A stretch of DNA of 64,000 bases from Amoebophrya sp. A120 (Eukaryota; Protista; Dinoflagellata): assembly GCA_905178155.1 (NCBI GenBank), contig CAJINV010000001.1, positions 3,277,675 through 3,341,674 on the forward strand. The letters run 5' to 3'. Below the pieces are notes generated by a model, which saw only the letters and a list, made by a program, of their open reading frames with translations, did no database searches and was not told the DNA's origin. Shown one piece after another: positions 43,935 to 59,560 of the stretch (positions are counted from its first letter, which is position 1; each line of letters begins with the position of its first letter). The position numbers were made by a program, and so were the translations under genes.

Positions 43935-45657
43935 GGTTGAAAAAACAACAGCTTTATATCTAGACGGCTTTCTCTGGTAACCTATGCAGAGTCGCAAAAA
44001 CTTGTCCTCTAAGTGGTAGAGCAATGCCAGACTTGTTGCGAAATCACGTCGCCCTCACCTATGTTTTCGCTAGAAAAAATAGTTTACTTCCTTACTAGGT
44101 CACAACTCTGCTAAACTAAAACCAAATCGATGACGAGCAAGACAAAACAAACCAAACGCTTTACGACTTGACTTGATATTGTGTTAGCTGCCATGGACTT
44201 CTAAACTTTGCCGTGTAGCAGAGAGTGAGAGAGTGAGAGCTGTGACGAGGCCATCAAAAATTTCTCATGCACACGATGATATTATAGATTTTGGCACCAC
44301 AACACAGCCAAAAAGAGCGACGACAATACTTCGAATCACCCCACTAACTTGCACAGGCAGCCGTACATTCCTACGGCTGCCTTCATATTTCGAATTTGGA
44401 AAGAATCTTTATCAAACAAGAAGGGCGTAGATGAAGAAGAAGAACCACACACACGACACAAACCACAAGCAGCAATATCACTTTCAGCATCAACGTTTCT
44501 GATGTTACACGCTACCGACGAGTAGCTAAAAATACCAACCTGCTGCACTGTGAACAGACCCCGATAGACTCATCGATACCTTCAGAGAGCCGCCGCCCTC
44601 CGTTGCCGGTGAAACCTCGATAAAAAAATAGTCTCAAATTTCTGCATGTTTTTTTTTTGCTGGAACGGCGTTGGGCGGTGCAGCGTAAATTCCTGTACGT
44701 AGAGTGAGCTTGCTACTACATCGCAATCGCGTGTGTTGCAAACTCTCCTCAAAATGAAATTCAAATTCTTGGCGTATCGACATCATATGATAAAAGTAAT
44801 GCATAAGGTCTGTGTGCGCAAGTGATGCTCTAATTTATGCTGGTTCATTGTGGCCTGCGCATAAAATCTAGTCTCTTCTGATGGAAAGGCTCGGAGCTAC
44901 AGATCAGAAAATGCTCCTACTTCCATGTTCCTGTTGCGACGGGACAAAGATACGACGTGATCATGTCCGACATCATCAACTCGATGCGCAAAATCGATTC
45001 CCCGCAGGTGAATCTTGATGACCACGCACTTCCTGAAAACAACAATATCCAGCGAGAGCCGCACGTTCGCGCCGGGGTCGCTATGCTGCATACGAAGAAG
45101 CGATCATGGTTGCAATGTAAAACTAAAAGATTTCATGAAGTACCTGTGTAAGAATGTCCTGGCGTGTGATAAAACAGTGGATTACCGTGTTCTTCTTTTT
45201 CGTTTTTTCGACGTGCATGCGTTGTGTAGAGCAGAAGGGCGTTGCTTCCCCTCCAGTGACGGACATCGATCCATCGGGTGGACCCAGTGTGGTTATTGGA
45301 TTTCGTAAAAAAAAGTTTCTTTAGTTTGATTAGTTAGTATACAAAGCGCGCGCGCAAGAGAAATATAGAAGTTAAAAGTTTGAAAAATAATCATAGGACG
45401 TATTTTGTTACAATGTTGTCCATTGTTGCTGCCACCACGCCCCGAAGCGGAACGGAAAATGCGGAGCACTGGTTAGACACGGAAAATTGGCTCAGTAGAT
45501 TACACTACGAAAATAAAAACGAAATAGCTGTGTACAAATTTGCTGCCATTGAAAGAAGATTTTCGTGAAATCCCCGGTGGGCATGTTTTTCGAGAGAAGA
45601 ATTTGTTTCATCTCGCCGATGCCGAGTCGCAGACTTGGAGTGCCGACGAGCACACCA

Positions 45658-47685
45658 TTACCAGCACAGCTTCTCCTTTACACTTAAACAATTGCTGTTG
45701 TCTGTCATCTTGAACTCAACTTGGCTCCGGCGCAACAAAAATTGAGCGGCTTTATCCATATCCGGATACAGCTCCTCCTCCGTAGCTTCTCGTGACATTA
45801 GCTTCTCGCAGATATCCGGTCCCACCGGAGGCGACTTTGTTTTGCCGCGGGAACAATCGCGCAGCTGTTCCACCGCACGACGACCTTCACTGTTAGTAGT
45901 ACAACCTCCAGAGGAGTTGAGCATCGGGTCGTGTTGGTCACGCTTGCACAGCTCCGGCGCAGCTCCCTGTGGTCCCGTGATTCCACGTGTCTTGGCGCTC
46001 GGAATGACTGGTAGGGGCGGAGGTTTGCCACAAATACCATCATTGCGTTTACTACTCGCAGCAGCTCGTCTCCTCTCCCGTTCCGCTGCGTTGATGCGCT
46101 CGATGTTGGCTGCGATTTTATCCCCCGCGTCTTTCAGCTGCGACTTGTACCATTTTTCCAGCGCCACCTGGCGGTCCATGGAGCCGATGATACGTGTCCG
46201 TCGCTCCTGCAGCTGCAGACTACTGTGAATATCATCCGGATCCTGTAACTCATCGCTGCTACTACTGCCCTCGTCTCCTTCATCGTCGTCTCCATCTGGC
46301 TCGGAAGAAGTATCACAAACGGCGGCACAATCATCCTGGAGGTGGTCCCCGCCTGTACTAGTTGTGGCGTGATCTCCGGTTTTTGCGGTGGAGCACCTGG
46401 TCGTGAGCGCAGAAGTGGTTTGACGCTCGAGGTTCTTCGCATCTGGCCTGCAGAGAACCCGTCTCGCTTTCGCCTCCAGGAAAAAACGCCAGCAACACTC
46501 ATTCTCGCTGGCCGACTTGCGAATGCGTTGGCACACGCACTCGGGTTCCCTGTACATAAAATCCAAATCGTCGGGCGGCGGATTCATATCGCAGCTTTCC
46601 CGCCCGGAACTTGCTCGCTTGCGGCTTTTCGGGAGTCTGGACCAGGGCAGCACTAACGCGGTTTCTTGTTGCGCAGGATGGTACTTTGCTGCTTGTTGAG
46701 ACGTTGCAGGGTGGTTTGGGTTTCTGCTGCCGCACCCGTTACTAGTAGTAGTGGAACAGCCGTGCGTGAATTGCGCCGACATTGAGCGCTGCTTCTTCTG
46801 CGGCGGTCCTCGAGTTGGCAGTTCCAAACCGCCCCGCGACTCCCCCGTTGTCAACACAGATCGGCCCGAGGGCCACGGCGTCCAGGACGCGAAACTACTC
46901 CCCGCCTCTGTGGAACTGTACGTCCGTCGACGCCAAAACGACGGCAACTGCTTCGTCGAAGTAGTTCCTCCCTTGTTGTCGTTGTTCTCAGACGCTGCTT
47001 TCTTCGGCCTTCGAAAGGTGGAAATTTCCACGCCCTGCGGCCAGCTTTCCCGCATTTCCTCCTCCTCTCGTTCCGTTTCGCTCTTAACCGCGTCCATTTT
47101 CCCCCTTTGTTCCGGCCAAAACAGCCGGGCCGGCGCGGAGTGGAAAAAACTTTGGTGGGATCCAATCGCGCGCTGCATGCTGTCGCGAATCACATCCTCC
47201 GGACTGGCCCTGTCCGCGCCGTCCTCATCCTGCACAAAGCCTGGCTGCCGCCAGAACGGGGGAATGGATTGGATTCTGTTCCCCAACCGTAGAAGAACCT
47301 CCTCGACCCACGGCAGGCAACCACCTGGAGGATCCTCGGCGAGCGGCCTGCGCGCCGGGCCCTTTACTTCCTGTCGCGAGAACGTAGTAGTGTCACCAGG
47401 AAGAACGGGTTCTTTGGCAGAAGCTGCAGGCCCATTTTGACCCGCAACACCCGCATCATTCCCCTTGTTCACCTCGGCTTGCACAGGCTCTCTGGAAGAA
47501 CGCCTTTGTTGCGCATCTGCTCCTACAACCGAAGACGGCTTTAGCGATACCTGCTGCTCCACCCCCTCGTCTATAAGTGTGGCTGTATCAATGCGCGGAT
47601 GAGAAAGAAATCCACCGAGCTGACTGGACACAATAACAGCGCACGCAGATGCTGCGTGCAAGGAAATAGTGATGGCTGCCTTCAT
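45658..47685 (-). CDS. Hypothetical 675-aa protein with putative signal peptide
   Basis: Long intronless ORF with hydrophobic N-terminus MKAAITISLHAASACAVIVSS. No recognisable domain. Confidence 0.7.
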   Translation of the reverse strand: MKAAITISLHAASACAVIVSSQLGGFLSHPRIDTATLIDEGVEQQVSLKPSSVVGADAQQRRSSREPVQAEVNKGNDAGVAGQNGPAASAKEPVLPGDTTTFSRQEVKGPARRPLAEDPPGGCLPWVEEVLLRLGNRIQSIPPFWRQPGFVQDEDGADRASPEDVIRDSMQRAIGSHQSFFHSAPARLFWPEQRGKMDAVKSETEREEEEMRESWPQGVEISTFRRPKKAASENNDNKGGTTSTKQLPSFWRRRTYSSTEAGSSFASWTPWPSGRSVLTTGESRGGLELPTRGPPQKKQRSMSAQFTHGCSTTTSNGCGSRNPNHPATSQQAAKYHPAQQETALVLPWSRLPKSRKRASSGRESCDMNPPPDDLDFMYREPECVCQRIRKSASENECCWRFFLEAKARRVLCRPDAKNLERQTTSALTTRCSTAKTGDHATTSTGGDHLQDDCAAVCDTSSEPDGDDDEGDEGSSSSDELQDPDDIHSSLQLQERRTRIIGSMDRQVALEKWYKSQLKDAGDKIAANIERINAAERERRRAAASSKRNDGICGKPPPLPVIPSAKTRGITGPQGAAPELCKRDQHDPMLNSSGGCTTNSEGRRAVEQLRDCSRGKTKSPPVGPDICEKLMSREATEEELYPDMDKAAQFLLRRSQVEFKMTDNSNCLSVKEKLCW

Positions 47686-49285
47686 CGTACTGATAATACT
47701 GTCGATCTCTAGAACACATCGAAATTAGATTACAGAGCTCTCAATAAATTACAATTTCGGTTTCGTGTGATTGCATAAATACGAGCGCACAGAGAGTAGA
47801 TTAAACGAGTAAAGTCGATGTACCTTGCTGTGTCTTATTGTTACCACGGCGATCCATCTCTACGATTCTATTTCTTTTATAAAAACAGTTACCTTGTCAT
47901 ACTTGCCTAGTCACCTTCTTGTCTCCTTTTTCTGGCGAAGAGGAAAGAATTGGCGAAAATTCCTTGCATATCGATTGACGTTTCGGAACTCAACTACGAA
48001 TCTGAACGAATTGCCCATTATACCAGCAGAGCTAGTACCTCAGCTGGATCTAATCAGCCTCTTGCTCATCGGTTTTCATGGGAGAAACAAAGGCTAGTAA
48101 GCTCGATCCCAAGGTGATGCCGATCTGCTGAGCTGCGTCGTGTGCTGTTCCTCTAAATCAAAATCTAGATCCACCGCACGAAAGGGACAAAGAGATCTCG
48201 GACACACGCACAGAGTTGTTCAAGAGGTAAGCGGGCTATTTGGGATCAGATCCTTTCTTCCGAAATCCTCTCTGGATCCTTACAAGAGATCGGTCACAAG
48301 CTCAACGAGTACAGTTCCGGTTGTCGTTTCCAGGAGGACGCTTGCGCTTACAAATAACGTGCTTGTACTTCGTGATCTCCACATGTTATCTCCATAATGA
48401 ATCTTGCTCACACGAGCTGGAACAGTAGTGACACGGAAACCCGCAATCCGCGGAGAACAAACGACTCTCATCGCATGGGGACACGGAGAGCCGCAACACC
48501 CATTACTCCTCGATAAAGATTTCCTTGCGTAGTCAGTTCATTTCATTTGAAAGTGGCTGCGATGCATTGTTTAGCGCAATGGTTTTCGTGTGATCATGCC
48601 ATCAAGAAATGCGGTCGGTGGTCTTAGAGTGGAGAACTTAGCTGTCGACGCGTTCGTTGCTCGTCATCTATCCATTCAAAGCATTTTACATTTGGTGCAA
48701 GAGTTTCAACGCTTGGTTTAAGTTACTTCTATCTCTAAAGTCACGTGTGGCATTTTCCAAGAGCGTGATCTCTGAATTCCACTTGTTTCATCTTTGTCTT
48801 TAAGGTGCGCATCAAGAGCGCCTCGTACAGAACTGTATGCATGTATTTTATCCTGCGTTTTTTCTTCCTTAGTTTCGGGCGTACTCGTTTTCTCGTCGGT
48901 ACATTTCTAAACTAAATCTCCATTTCTGCTCGGCGGTGTTTTCAATCAAAAAAACCACTCGATCAGAATCCTTGCGATGTCACTTTCAGATTTTACCTCG
49001 AAGTTTTAGGCGCCACACATTCTATCACATAGAATGCACTTTGCCTCAAGCGTAGGAAAGAGAAACTTTTTTTCTATAGCTAGCAACAGTCGTTGTCAGA
49101 CCTGCTGTAGTCACTAGAGTTGCAATTGAGTTTAATCAATGGAAAAATCGGATGCAGAAGCAAACGGCGCGCGTTTCGTAAGTAGTTCTTCCCTATGGTA
49201 GAACACAATATCATCTAGCCGTTTCATCTACCGGAGCTCTTTGGCCGAATCATGTTTTGGCAAACTCCCCAAGAACTAGAACTGC

Positions 49286-52440
<3,155 letters not shown>

Positions 52441-53491
52441 TTTGTTTTTTTTTGCAACAACAAAAACTTCTTAAAAAAATTCGAAGGAGATAAATCAAAG
52501 TGGATTTGCAGTTAAAACGTTCCGAACTGGAAGGTCAACCACAAACGGGCCTGGAGTTTCGAAATAGACAGTATTTAGAAACGCGGATTTTGTGAGAGAG
52601 AAATAAAAGATCGGTGTTTGGAGAAACGTCGTCGTCTAACTAGAAGCTAACCAGCAAACAGCTACTTAGATTGAAGTCGTCGTCGATATTTCTCGGAAAG
52701 AGCTACAACTAGCGGATTTACAGAACAAAGATGTTGTGAACTTGCTACGATTTGGAACTACAAAGCTTTGATCGTTCCAGTTGCGTTTCAAAAGATCACG
52801 TATCGTTTCTGGACAAATTGAATGTCTCGAATTGGGGTCGTTTCTCTGTCTGATGGAGATCGGAATCGGATTTCGGTTTTTTGGAATCAGATATCGTGCG
52901 CACTGAGCGTGATCTTTGCTTCAGCTGAAAATTTAGATTTCTTTGGGCGGATCTTTAGAAAAATATGCTCTCTCTCACGTCCGTAAACCGAGCAATGTCG
53001 TTCGAAATCTTTCCGTCACAGGCAGCATTGGCCGTAAAATTTCACTCAAAACCGAGAAGTATTTTGCCGGGCGCACCTCACTCAAAACCGAGTAATTCAC
53101 TGAAAACCGACAAGATTTGCTTACGCGTCATTCACTACCGAAACATTTCCTCACTGTTTCCAGAGTGCAACAACTATCAGCATGTCTCCAAGCAAGAATG
53201 CTGCTAACGTTGCATCATTCCTCACATCATGTTTAGGCACATTAGCGCTGTAGGTAGTGATTCCTTCATCTCAAAACGCATGTTCGTTTCGCAGGGTGAC
53301 ATTAGAGGACTCCTTCTGGTTCCTCAAAAGGTTCCGGTGCGCTTTTCAGACCAGCCAGGATGAACGACGAGGAGTGCAATTCATTGTACAGAATAGGTGC
53401 AGCGCCATGTTAAAATCGTCCTGCACTTCGTCGTGACCTTCACTCCTTAATTTTACAGTCCCATCTATCAGGCAAGAATTACGTGGAGATT

Positions 53492-56400
53492 TCAGAGAGC
53501 AAGCATAACGCTTTTGCTCGTCCCGCCTTGTCCTTCGAGAATATCAAAATGCTCCCGCAGCTGCGCGGAACGGGACACAGGAGGGGATCTCCCGTCATCT
53601 TGCTCATCTCCGTCTAATGACACTATTGCCCGCTTTGCGTCTGGCCCCCCCACAAAACGTGGTGGGGCAGTGGGAAGAGAACTCGTTGGTGGTGCTGGAA
53701 ATTGCGCTAGATCGCCCCGCTGATAGGTCGGACTAATAAATGCTGACGATCTGCTTTGATTTATTGTCGGGTCATTATCCTCACTAACGACACGATTTTT
53801 TTTTCCGGATTTTTGTACTCCTCCGGCTCCTGCACGCGCGGTGTCGCCGAATTCGCGACTGCAGTTGGTGAAAGGGAGGAGCCAACAGAGCGGATTGGTG
53901 CCAAACTTGGCGAGAAAATCCTCTTTATGCGAAGTCTTGCCGATTCGCGTCCCTCGCAAGCGCTCCGCCCACGTCTGTCCCTGACTTCCACCTTGAACTT
54001 CGAGCAAGCGCACCGTTTCGGATAGGCCGCAGAATAAGAGGAAAACAGTGAGGAAAAGCAGCAGCACCTCGAAGACCGACCAGCGCGGGAAAGCTGCCAC
54101 TGCTTCTTTTGTGAATTTCGAAGGACTGGCAGTTGTTTTGGCTGATTCTTTCGTGGCTTGCTCCAACCGTGCTGCTCTTCTAGTACTTCTCCGGCTGAGC
54201 CGGGGGGAAGTAGGCACATGCAACGGCGAAGTTTCGCCGGAAGAAACCATGAAGTCGTCGCCTGTTTCCGCCCCAGAGGATGATGATCCAGCGGCGGCAG
54301 GCAAATGCTCTTGAGAGGACTGAGATTGCTTCACTTCCTTCATTTCGGGAGGTAGTTGTCTCTCATGTATACTCCGTAGTTTCTTCTCGCTCTCCAGCTC
54401 GCCCGGCCGAAACACTGGCAATAAAATTCCCCCAACCGGCGCGCCGCTTGTGCATGTGCGCGGAGCGGCTAGATAAAACGCCGCCTCGACGAGAAGTCCG
54501 AACCGATACGCCAGGCCGAGGAACAGAAACAGCAGCCAACAGAGGAAAAATTTCACGTTGTCTTCACACACGCATGTGCCAAGGAACCCGCAGTGGTGGT
54601 CTCGCAGAGGAAAGCAGCGCTCGCAAATGTGACAGTGGTGCATGCGTGGCTTCTTGTGCATGCCGCAGTTTTTGCACGAATGGCGGGTGTTGTAGTGGTG
54701 TTGCATAGAAGATACAACAGGAGCGTCTACATCGTTATCCAGAGTCGTGTCAGTTGTTCTTATTTTCCCGGTCGCAGATACGGCATCTCCGTGAACGTCA
54801 TACCCGGAGATCATGTACAGTGTCGAGCAGTAATGCAACATCATCATCGTGTCGAAAACCACGAGCGGGATTAGCCTTCCTAGCGCCTTTCTCCATACTA
54901 AAACCCGCCACGCCAGCCAGACGAAGGCGCCGCTCACAATGGTGCCCGCCGGCAGCATCCACAGGTAGACCGAGCCGTTAGCGTGGAAGTCGTGGATTTT
55001 GCTACGGTTCAAAATTCTCTGTGCTGCCACGAACCCCCAGGGGATGGCTGAGTGGAAAACGGGAAAGAGGCCATGTTTGAGGAGGAACGCATTAAACCAT
55101 GGGGTTTTGTCAGGTGAACTACTATTCGTCCATCGGTGTAGTTGTTCCGACCCGGTGGATTCGGAGCGAGCGGAATCGGAAGAAGTCTCAGAGTTCCACA
55201 CGCGTCGGCAAGCAGTGGCATCGGCTCCATCCTGCTTATCATTTCTGCGGTTATCGTTATCCGAAATTCCCCTCAACTGCAGAAGTCGGCTCCTCTTTTT
55301 ATCGAGGCTTAACTCAGGTCTAGTCTCTTCAATATTCTCTGTCGGATGATCAGAGACGACACTATCTCGCTCTGGTTCTGGAGGTGCTTGTTCACACTCT
55401 GTAGCTTCACTGTTGTTCCACGGCTGTAGAAGCTCCCGGTTGTCGTTTTTACCGTTCCGACAGCTGCGTCGCACCACACGCAACACGCGATGAAACCTTC
55501 GCAACCAGGTGCACGCACCAACCAGGCTCGCGGCCCCCAGCACCGTACACACAAACATCGATATCCAATCGAAGTGGTACGGATAACCAACTTCCCGACA
55601 CGTGATTAAAGGCGGATGATTTTGCTTCTCCTCATACAGCGCAGCTGCGGCCGGCCGTCGAGAAATGGTCCCAGAAGATTGCTGGAACAGGCCCGTGCCT
55701 CCAAGTGAAATAATCGCAGAACGATCTTGCGCGGGAACATTCTGGTTAATACCGTTAGCCGCAGGCGAAGATGCGCTTCCATTTTCGGCAGCGAGGTCGA
55801 GCGTCACGGCCCCAGAGATGATACGTTCCCAGAGCAAGTCTCCTACCTTCAACTCGTAAGCGCCGTCTTCCGCTTGAAAGCAGGACAGTGACCGCCGAAT
55901 GGCCGCGACGTGGGGGTTTTTTAACGTTTCGTCCCAAGGAGAAACATTTTTAGAAGTAGTTGCTGCACTCCCTCCTGCTAGTCCTACTGTAGAGGTCGTA
56001 CTGCCCGTCGGCGAAATTCCAATCAACGCCATGGCGGATCTGGACTTGCGCTGTCGCGCTGGAATTTTTACACTGGCGGAGAAACTGCTCGTCTTGCACA
56101 CGCCTCGCCGTTTCGGTGCGGATGATTCGTTCGAAGAAAAAATCGCGCTTTTCGTGGTGTTTCGTGCGGCAGGAAGAGGAACTTGAACTTGTTCAGAAGT
56201 GGACATAGGATTATTTTCACAACTGGTGCTTTCGCTCCGGATAGATGAACGCGTTGCTTCACCAACCGCGGGCCAGCTGCTCAATGAAGACGTGGCTGAA
56301 GCCGCCGACGTGATTGCCGCCACCGCGGAATACTGACCCGAAGTTCTCGTCGTCTCTGCTTCTATTGTCGTGTTCGGAGTGGTCGTTTCACGTGAAAGAA

Positions 56401-58855
56401 CGCGGTCTGCGTCAGCGGAAGATGATCTCCTGCTAACCACTGAGAAATCATTCCCCGAAGACGACCGCTGGCCTGCAGGAAGGCAACTGGGCGATTTGGA
56501 ACTTCTCGTGTCCTTCTGCAACATCACGTCTTCATCTTTCCCCTCCACGTCCAGCTGCCCTTCTGACGCGCACATGCTCATACTCATTTTGCTTGCCTGG
56601 CGGACAAAATTTGTGGCCGCCCCGCACTCGTCGTCGCTGTGTCCGGTGCACTCGGAGTCAATTTCACCGCCGACTTTCTGGGCTCGGTACAAAAGCGGCT
56701 GCGGTCCTGCGCTTACGGGTGACATGTTGATCCTGCACTCAAACTCATCCTGCTTTTCCACTTCATCGTCGAAAGTGGGTCTCATCTCATTGGTTTGCGA
56801 TTGCGAAGATGTTCCGATCTCATTATTCTCCGCCCCGGCATTATCCTTTTGGTCACCTCCACCTGGGTCGTCTTCGGACTTCAACGAATGATCTCTGGGA
56901 CTAATTGGGCCCTGCAAATCACTTCGTGACTGCTGTTCGGCAGATTCTTCCTCCTCAACATCGCAATCTACTTCGCCTACGACTTGACCTCGGTCACCAG
57001 CAACTTTCTCCGCCTCATCCTGCAAAGCTGCCTCTCCTGCCACAGCGACCTGTTCGCGCGGCAGGTACTCGACTATATTCGCGCTCGGAATGCTAGGGAT
57101 CCAGTCGTTCCGCTTGCCGGTCTCGAACACTCGGCCGTACCACGTATTTTGTGCAGTTAGGTCAACCTTGGTTTCTATCGCAGTCCTCTTTTCGACCGTG
57201 AAAAGCCGCGGGAAGAGATCCTCGGCGCTTTTTTTCCTGGGCGATTCTTGTTTATGTCTACTGTTTCTCCGCTCGTGCTGCTCGTGCAGCGATTCATGAT
57301 CGTGCCCTTTTGCCTTTCTATGTTCGGCATCTAATTCTTCAAAACGATCCGTGTCCCCGGAAAGGAACTCCTGCTGAGAGCTCATCGCTGTGGATGCCTC
57401 ACCTCCCACCTCTTCAAAAAAGTACCCCAGAAACGTCCCCCAGGTGGCCGTCACCTGAAGCGTATCAAAGTACTCAGCCGCAGACATAACGGGGAGCACA
57501 CGTGCGAAGAGGGATAGCGTGAGCGCAGACACTTTCCCCTCCGGACCGTGGGGATCGCACTGATACCGCGCTATCGGGCATGTCTCCTGTAGTTCCTCGT
57601 CCGTGTGCTGACTCTCATCGTCACGACGGTGCGGCGAAAACACTGCCGGATCTGTTGTTTCTCGTCCAGGAAGTTGTAGAGACACGGTCTTGTAGTAAGC
57701 GAGCTCGGGGAAAGGATCCGATACTTTGTCCTTTTTTTTCCTCGTGTAGGGAGTTGAAGTTCGGGCACAATAACTACTCTTCGCGCTCCTGCTGTTCCCG
57801 GGAGCAGTAGTTGCGCCATCCACGGGACGGACGTTCGCCGAGCAAGCAGGATTCTCATCCGAAGATGCTCTGGTGCTTATTGTTGTTGTGCCCGCAAGGA
57901 CACCACTGCTCTGGTCCACCTCAACCTCCGTAGTAGAAAGCTGTCCTTCACTGTTCCAATTCACTACAGGTGTACTGTTGCCCCCGCCGGAATTACTAAT
58001 GCTCTCGGTTCGCGACAGCTCTAAGGCCCCGCGCCGCACATTCCTCCGATCATGCAAAAACACGACCTCGTTTGATGTGATCAAACCGTGCCTTCGAATC
58101 GCCCCGTCGGCACTTCCCGAACTCGTCAGAGGGGTGGAGTTAGCAAGTGAGAGCGATGTTGGTCGTCGTCGTGCCACGAACGCAGCCGGGGGAAGCAGGT
58201 GAACATCGGTGGTTTCGCGGTCAGCGTGATGTTGGTCTGCGACCAAAAGATCTAGATTTCGCTCCGCGGCGTATTGGGAAGGTGCTGCGTCATCGTCGTG
58301 CACAAACGGCAGCGGCGAATCCTGTTGATATTGCCTGTGAAGATCCGAAGGTTGTTGTTGAACCAGCAGACTCAGTCTGGAAGTCGAAGCACGACCAGGG
58401 TCAACCTCGGCGCCTGCTGCCCTATGGCTACGATAACTTTGCATACTGTGCAGCTCGTCGTGGTCCACACCCCTCTCCCGCGGCACGTCTGCATCCAAAA
58501 GTTCTGTCGCGTCGAAATCATTTTGTCCCGTGTCTGTGTCGACCGCGACCCCGATCGGACTGTCGCTGAGCATGGGGTACTCATCTTCGTCGACTGGTTG
58601 TGCGACATTAGAATTTGCCCGGTTTGTTTGTGCCGCCCCCGGCCTGTTGTTGTGGTCGACGTCGTGCTGGAAATAGTGATCCTCGCCACGCGTGGGCAGA
58701 ATAGCCCCACGAACTTCGGTCAAAGTCCTCCTCGAGGCGGAGGACAGGACGTCCAGCACACAACACAACCTCCACAGGACGATGCTGCTCTCCTTTAACC
58801 ACAGAGCGACTGAGACCCTCGTTCTTGTTCTCGTTCTTCTAGAGCTTCCCTTCAT
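53492..58855 (-). CDS. DHHC palmitoyltransferase with very long N-terminal extension
   Basis: CKNCGMHKKPRMHHCHICERCFPLRDHHCGFLGTCVCEDNVKFF flanked by TM segments, plus C-terminal FGTNPLCWLLP. Likely ATG at 58855. Confidence 0.9.
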   Translation of the reverse strand: MKGSSRRTRTRTRVSVALWLKESSIVLWRLCCVLDVLSSASRRTLTEVRGAILPTRGEDHYFQHDVDHNNRPGAAQTNRANSNVAQPVDEDEYPMLSDSPIGVAVDTDTGQNDFDATELLDADVPRERGVDHDELHSMQSYRSHRAAGAEVDPGRASTSRLSLLVQQQPSDLHRQYQQDSPLPFVHDDDAAPSQYAAERNLDLLVADQHHADRETTDVHLLPPAAFVARRRPTSLSLANSTPLTSSGSADGAIRRHGLITSNEVVFLHDRRNVRRGALELSRTESISNSGGGNSTPVVNWNSEGQLSTTEVEVDQSSGVLAGTTTISTRASSDENPACSANVRPVDGATTAPGNSRSAKSSYCARTSTPYTRKKKDKVSDPFPELAYYKTVSLQLPGRETTDPAVFSPHRRDDESQHTDEELQETCPIARYQCDPHGPEGKVSALTLSLFARVLPVMSAAEYFDTLQVTATWGTFLGYFFEEVGGEASTAMSSQQEFLSGDTDRFEELDAEHRKAKGHDHESLHEQHERRNSRHKQESPRKKSAEDLFPRLFTVEKRTAIETKVDLTAQNTWYGRVFETGKRNDWIPSIPSANIVEYLPREQVAVAGEAALQDEAEKVAGDRGQVVGEVDCDVEEEESAEQQSRSDLQGPISPRDHSLKSEDDPGGGDQKDNAGAENNEIGTSSQSQTNEMRPTFDDEVEKQDEFECRINMSPVSAGPQPLLYRAQKVGGEIDSECTGHSDDECGAATNFVRQASKMSMSMCASEGQLDVEGKDEDVMLQKDTRSSKSPSCLPAGQRSSSGNDFSVVSRRSSSADADRVLSRETTTPNTTIEAETTRTSGQYSAVAAITSAASATSSLSSWPAVGEATRSSIRSESTSCENNPMSTSEQVQVPLPAARNTTKSAIFSSNESSAPKRRGVCKTSSFSASVKIPARQRKSRSAMALIGISPTGSTTSTVGLAGGSAATTSKNVSPWDETLKNPHVAAIRRSLSCFQAEDGAYELKVGDLLWERIISGAVTLDLAAENGSASSPAANGINQNVPAQDRSAIISLGGTGLFQQSSGTISRRPAAAALYEEKQNHPPLITCREVGYPYHFDWISMFVCTVLGAASLVGACTWLRRFHRVLRVVRRSCRNGKNDNRELLQPWNNSEATECEQAPPEPERDSVVSDHPTENIEETRPELSLDKKRSRLLQLRGISDNDNRRNDKQDGADATACRRVWNSETSSDSARSESTGSEQLHRWTNSSSPDKTPWFNAFLLKHGLFPVFHSAIPWGFVAAQRILNRSKIHDFHANGSVYLWMLPAGTIVSGAFVWLAWRVLVWRKALGRLIPLVVFDTMMMLHYCSTLYMISGYDVHGDAVSATGKIRTTDTTLDNDVDAPVVSSMQHHYNTRHSCKNCGMHKKPRMHHCHICERCFPLRDHHCGFLGTCVCEDNVKFFLCWLLFLFLGLAYRFGLLVEAAFYLAAPRTCTSGAPVGGILLPVFRPGELESEKKLRSIHERQLPPEMKEVKQSQSSQEHLPAAAGSSSSGAETGDDFMVSSGETSPLHVPTSPRLSRRSTRRAARLEQATKESAKTTASPSKFTKEAVAAFPRWSVFEVLLLFLTVFLLFCGLSETVRLLEVQGGSQGQTWAERLRGTRIGKTSHKEDFLAKFGTNPLCWLLPFTNCSREFGDTARAGAGGVQKSGKKNRVVSEDNDPTINQSRSSAFISPTYQRGDLAQFPAPPTSSLPTAPPRFVGGPDAKRAIVSLDGDEQDDGRSPPVSRSAQLREHFDILEGQGGTSKSVMLAL

Positions 58856-59560
58856 TACTGCATCTTCCTGATCATCTTGAACTTCACAATGTGGGTGCTG
58901 ATAGATAATATCCCACTGCAACAGAAGATCAAGAATAGCACCGGATCTTCACGGCACTGTTATCTTCTCGCTCCATGTACATTTCAAAATGACCACGAAG
59001 TCGTGGGAAACAAGAAGTACTCGATATATTTCTAGGCACGTGAGAAATTGTGAACCACGGATCTGATCGACAGTGAACGAGGCTATGCAACAAGACATTC
59101 TTTTCCTACCAGTTGCAAGAGCCGCAATACTTTTTGATCTGCCGACGAACAACACACGCCAATTCGCGAAACAGTACGGCTGATTGCAGCTTTTTACTTG
59201 TTTTGTACATCGAGCGCGTCAAAACAGAAAGAAGGTGTGGCACCTCTATCGATCCAGTTTTTTTCGTTTTGGGCTATCTAATCTTTCTGCTTGATTATTT
59301 TGCACGATCATGCCAGTGACATCGCATTATGAAGCATCACGCCGAAGCGACAAAAAAAAACAAGTTCCAGTTTACAACCACCGAAGGGTATCTGCGTAAT
59401 CCTCGCTGAGGACTTGAGGCAGTCAATTGGAAACCAAAACGAAACTCCATCTTCCAAAAATGCTTCTAGTTCTAAACAGCACTGATAGATTATCATGAGC
59501 GTAGTACGTAGCTACAGAAAAAACTTAGAAAGACGTATCTTCCATGTCGAATTGATTTTC

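Noticed and set aside
52441-52900. Heat-shock elements upstream of Hsp70
   Set aside because: Only scattered TTC/GAA half-sites, with no correctly spaced triple nGAAn array.
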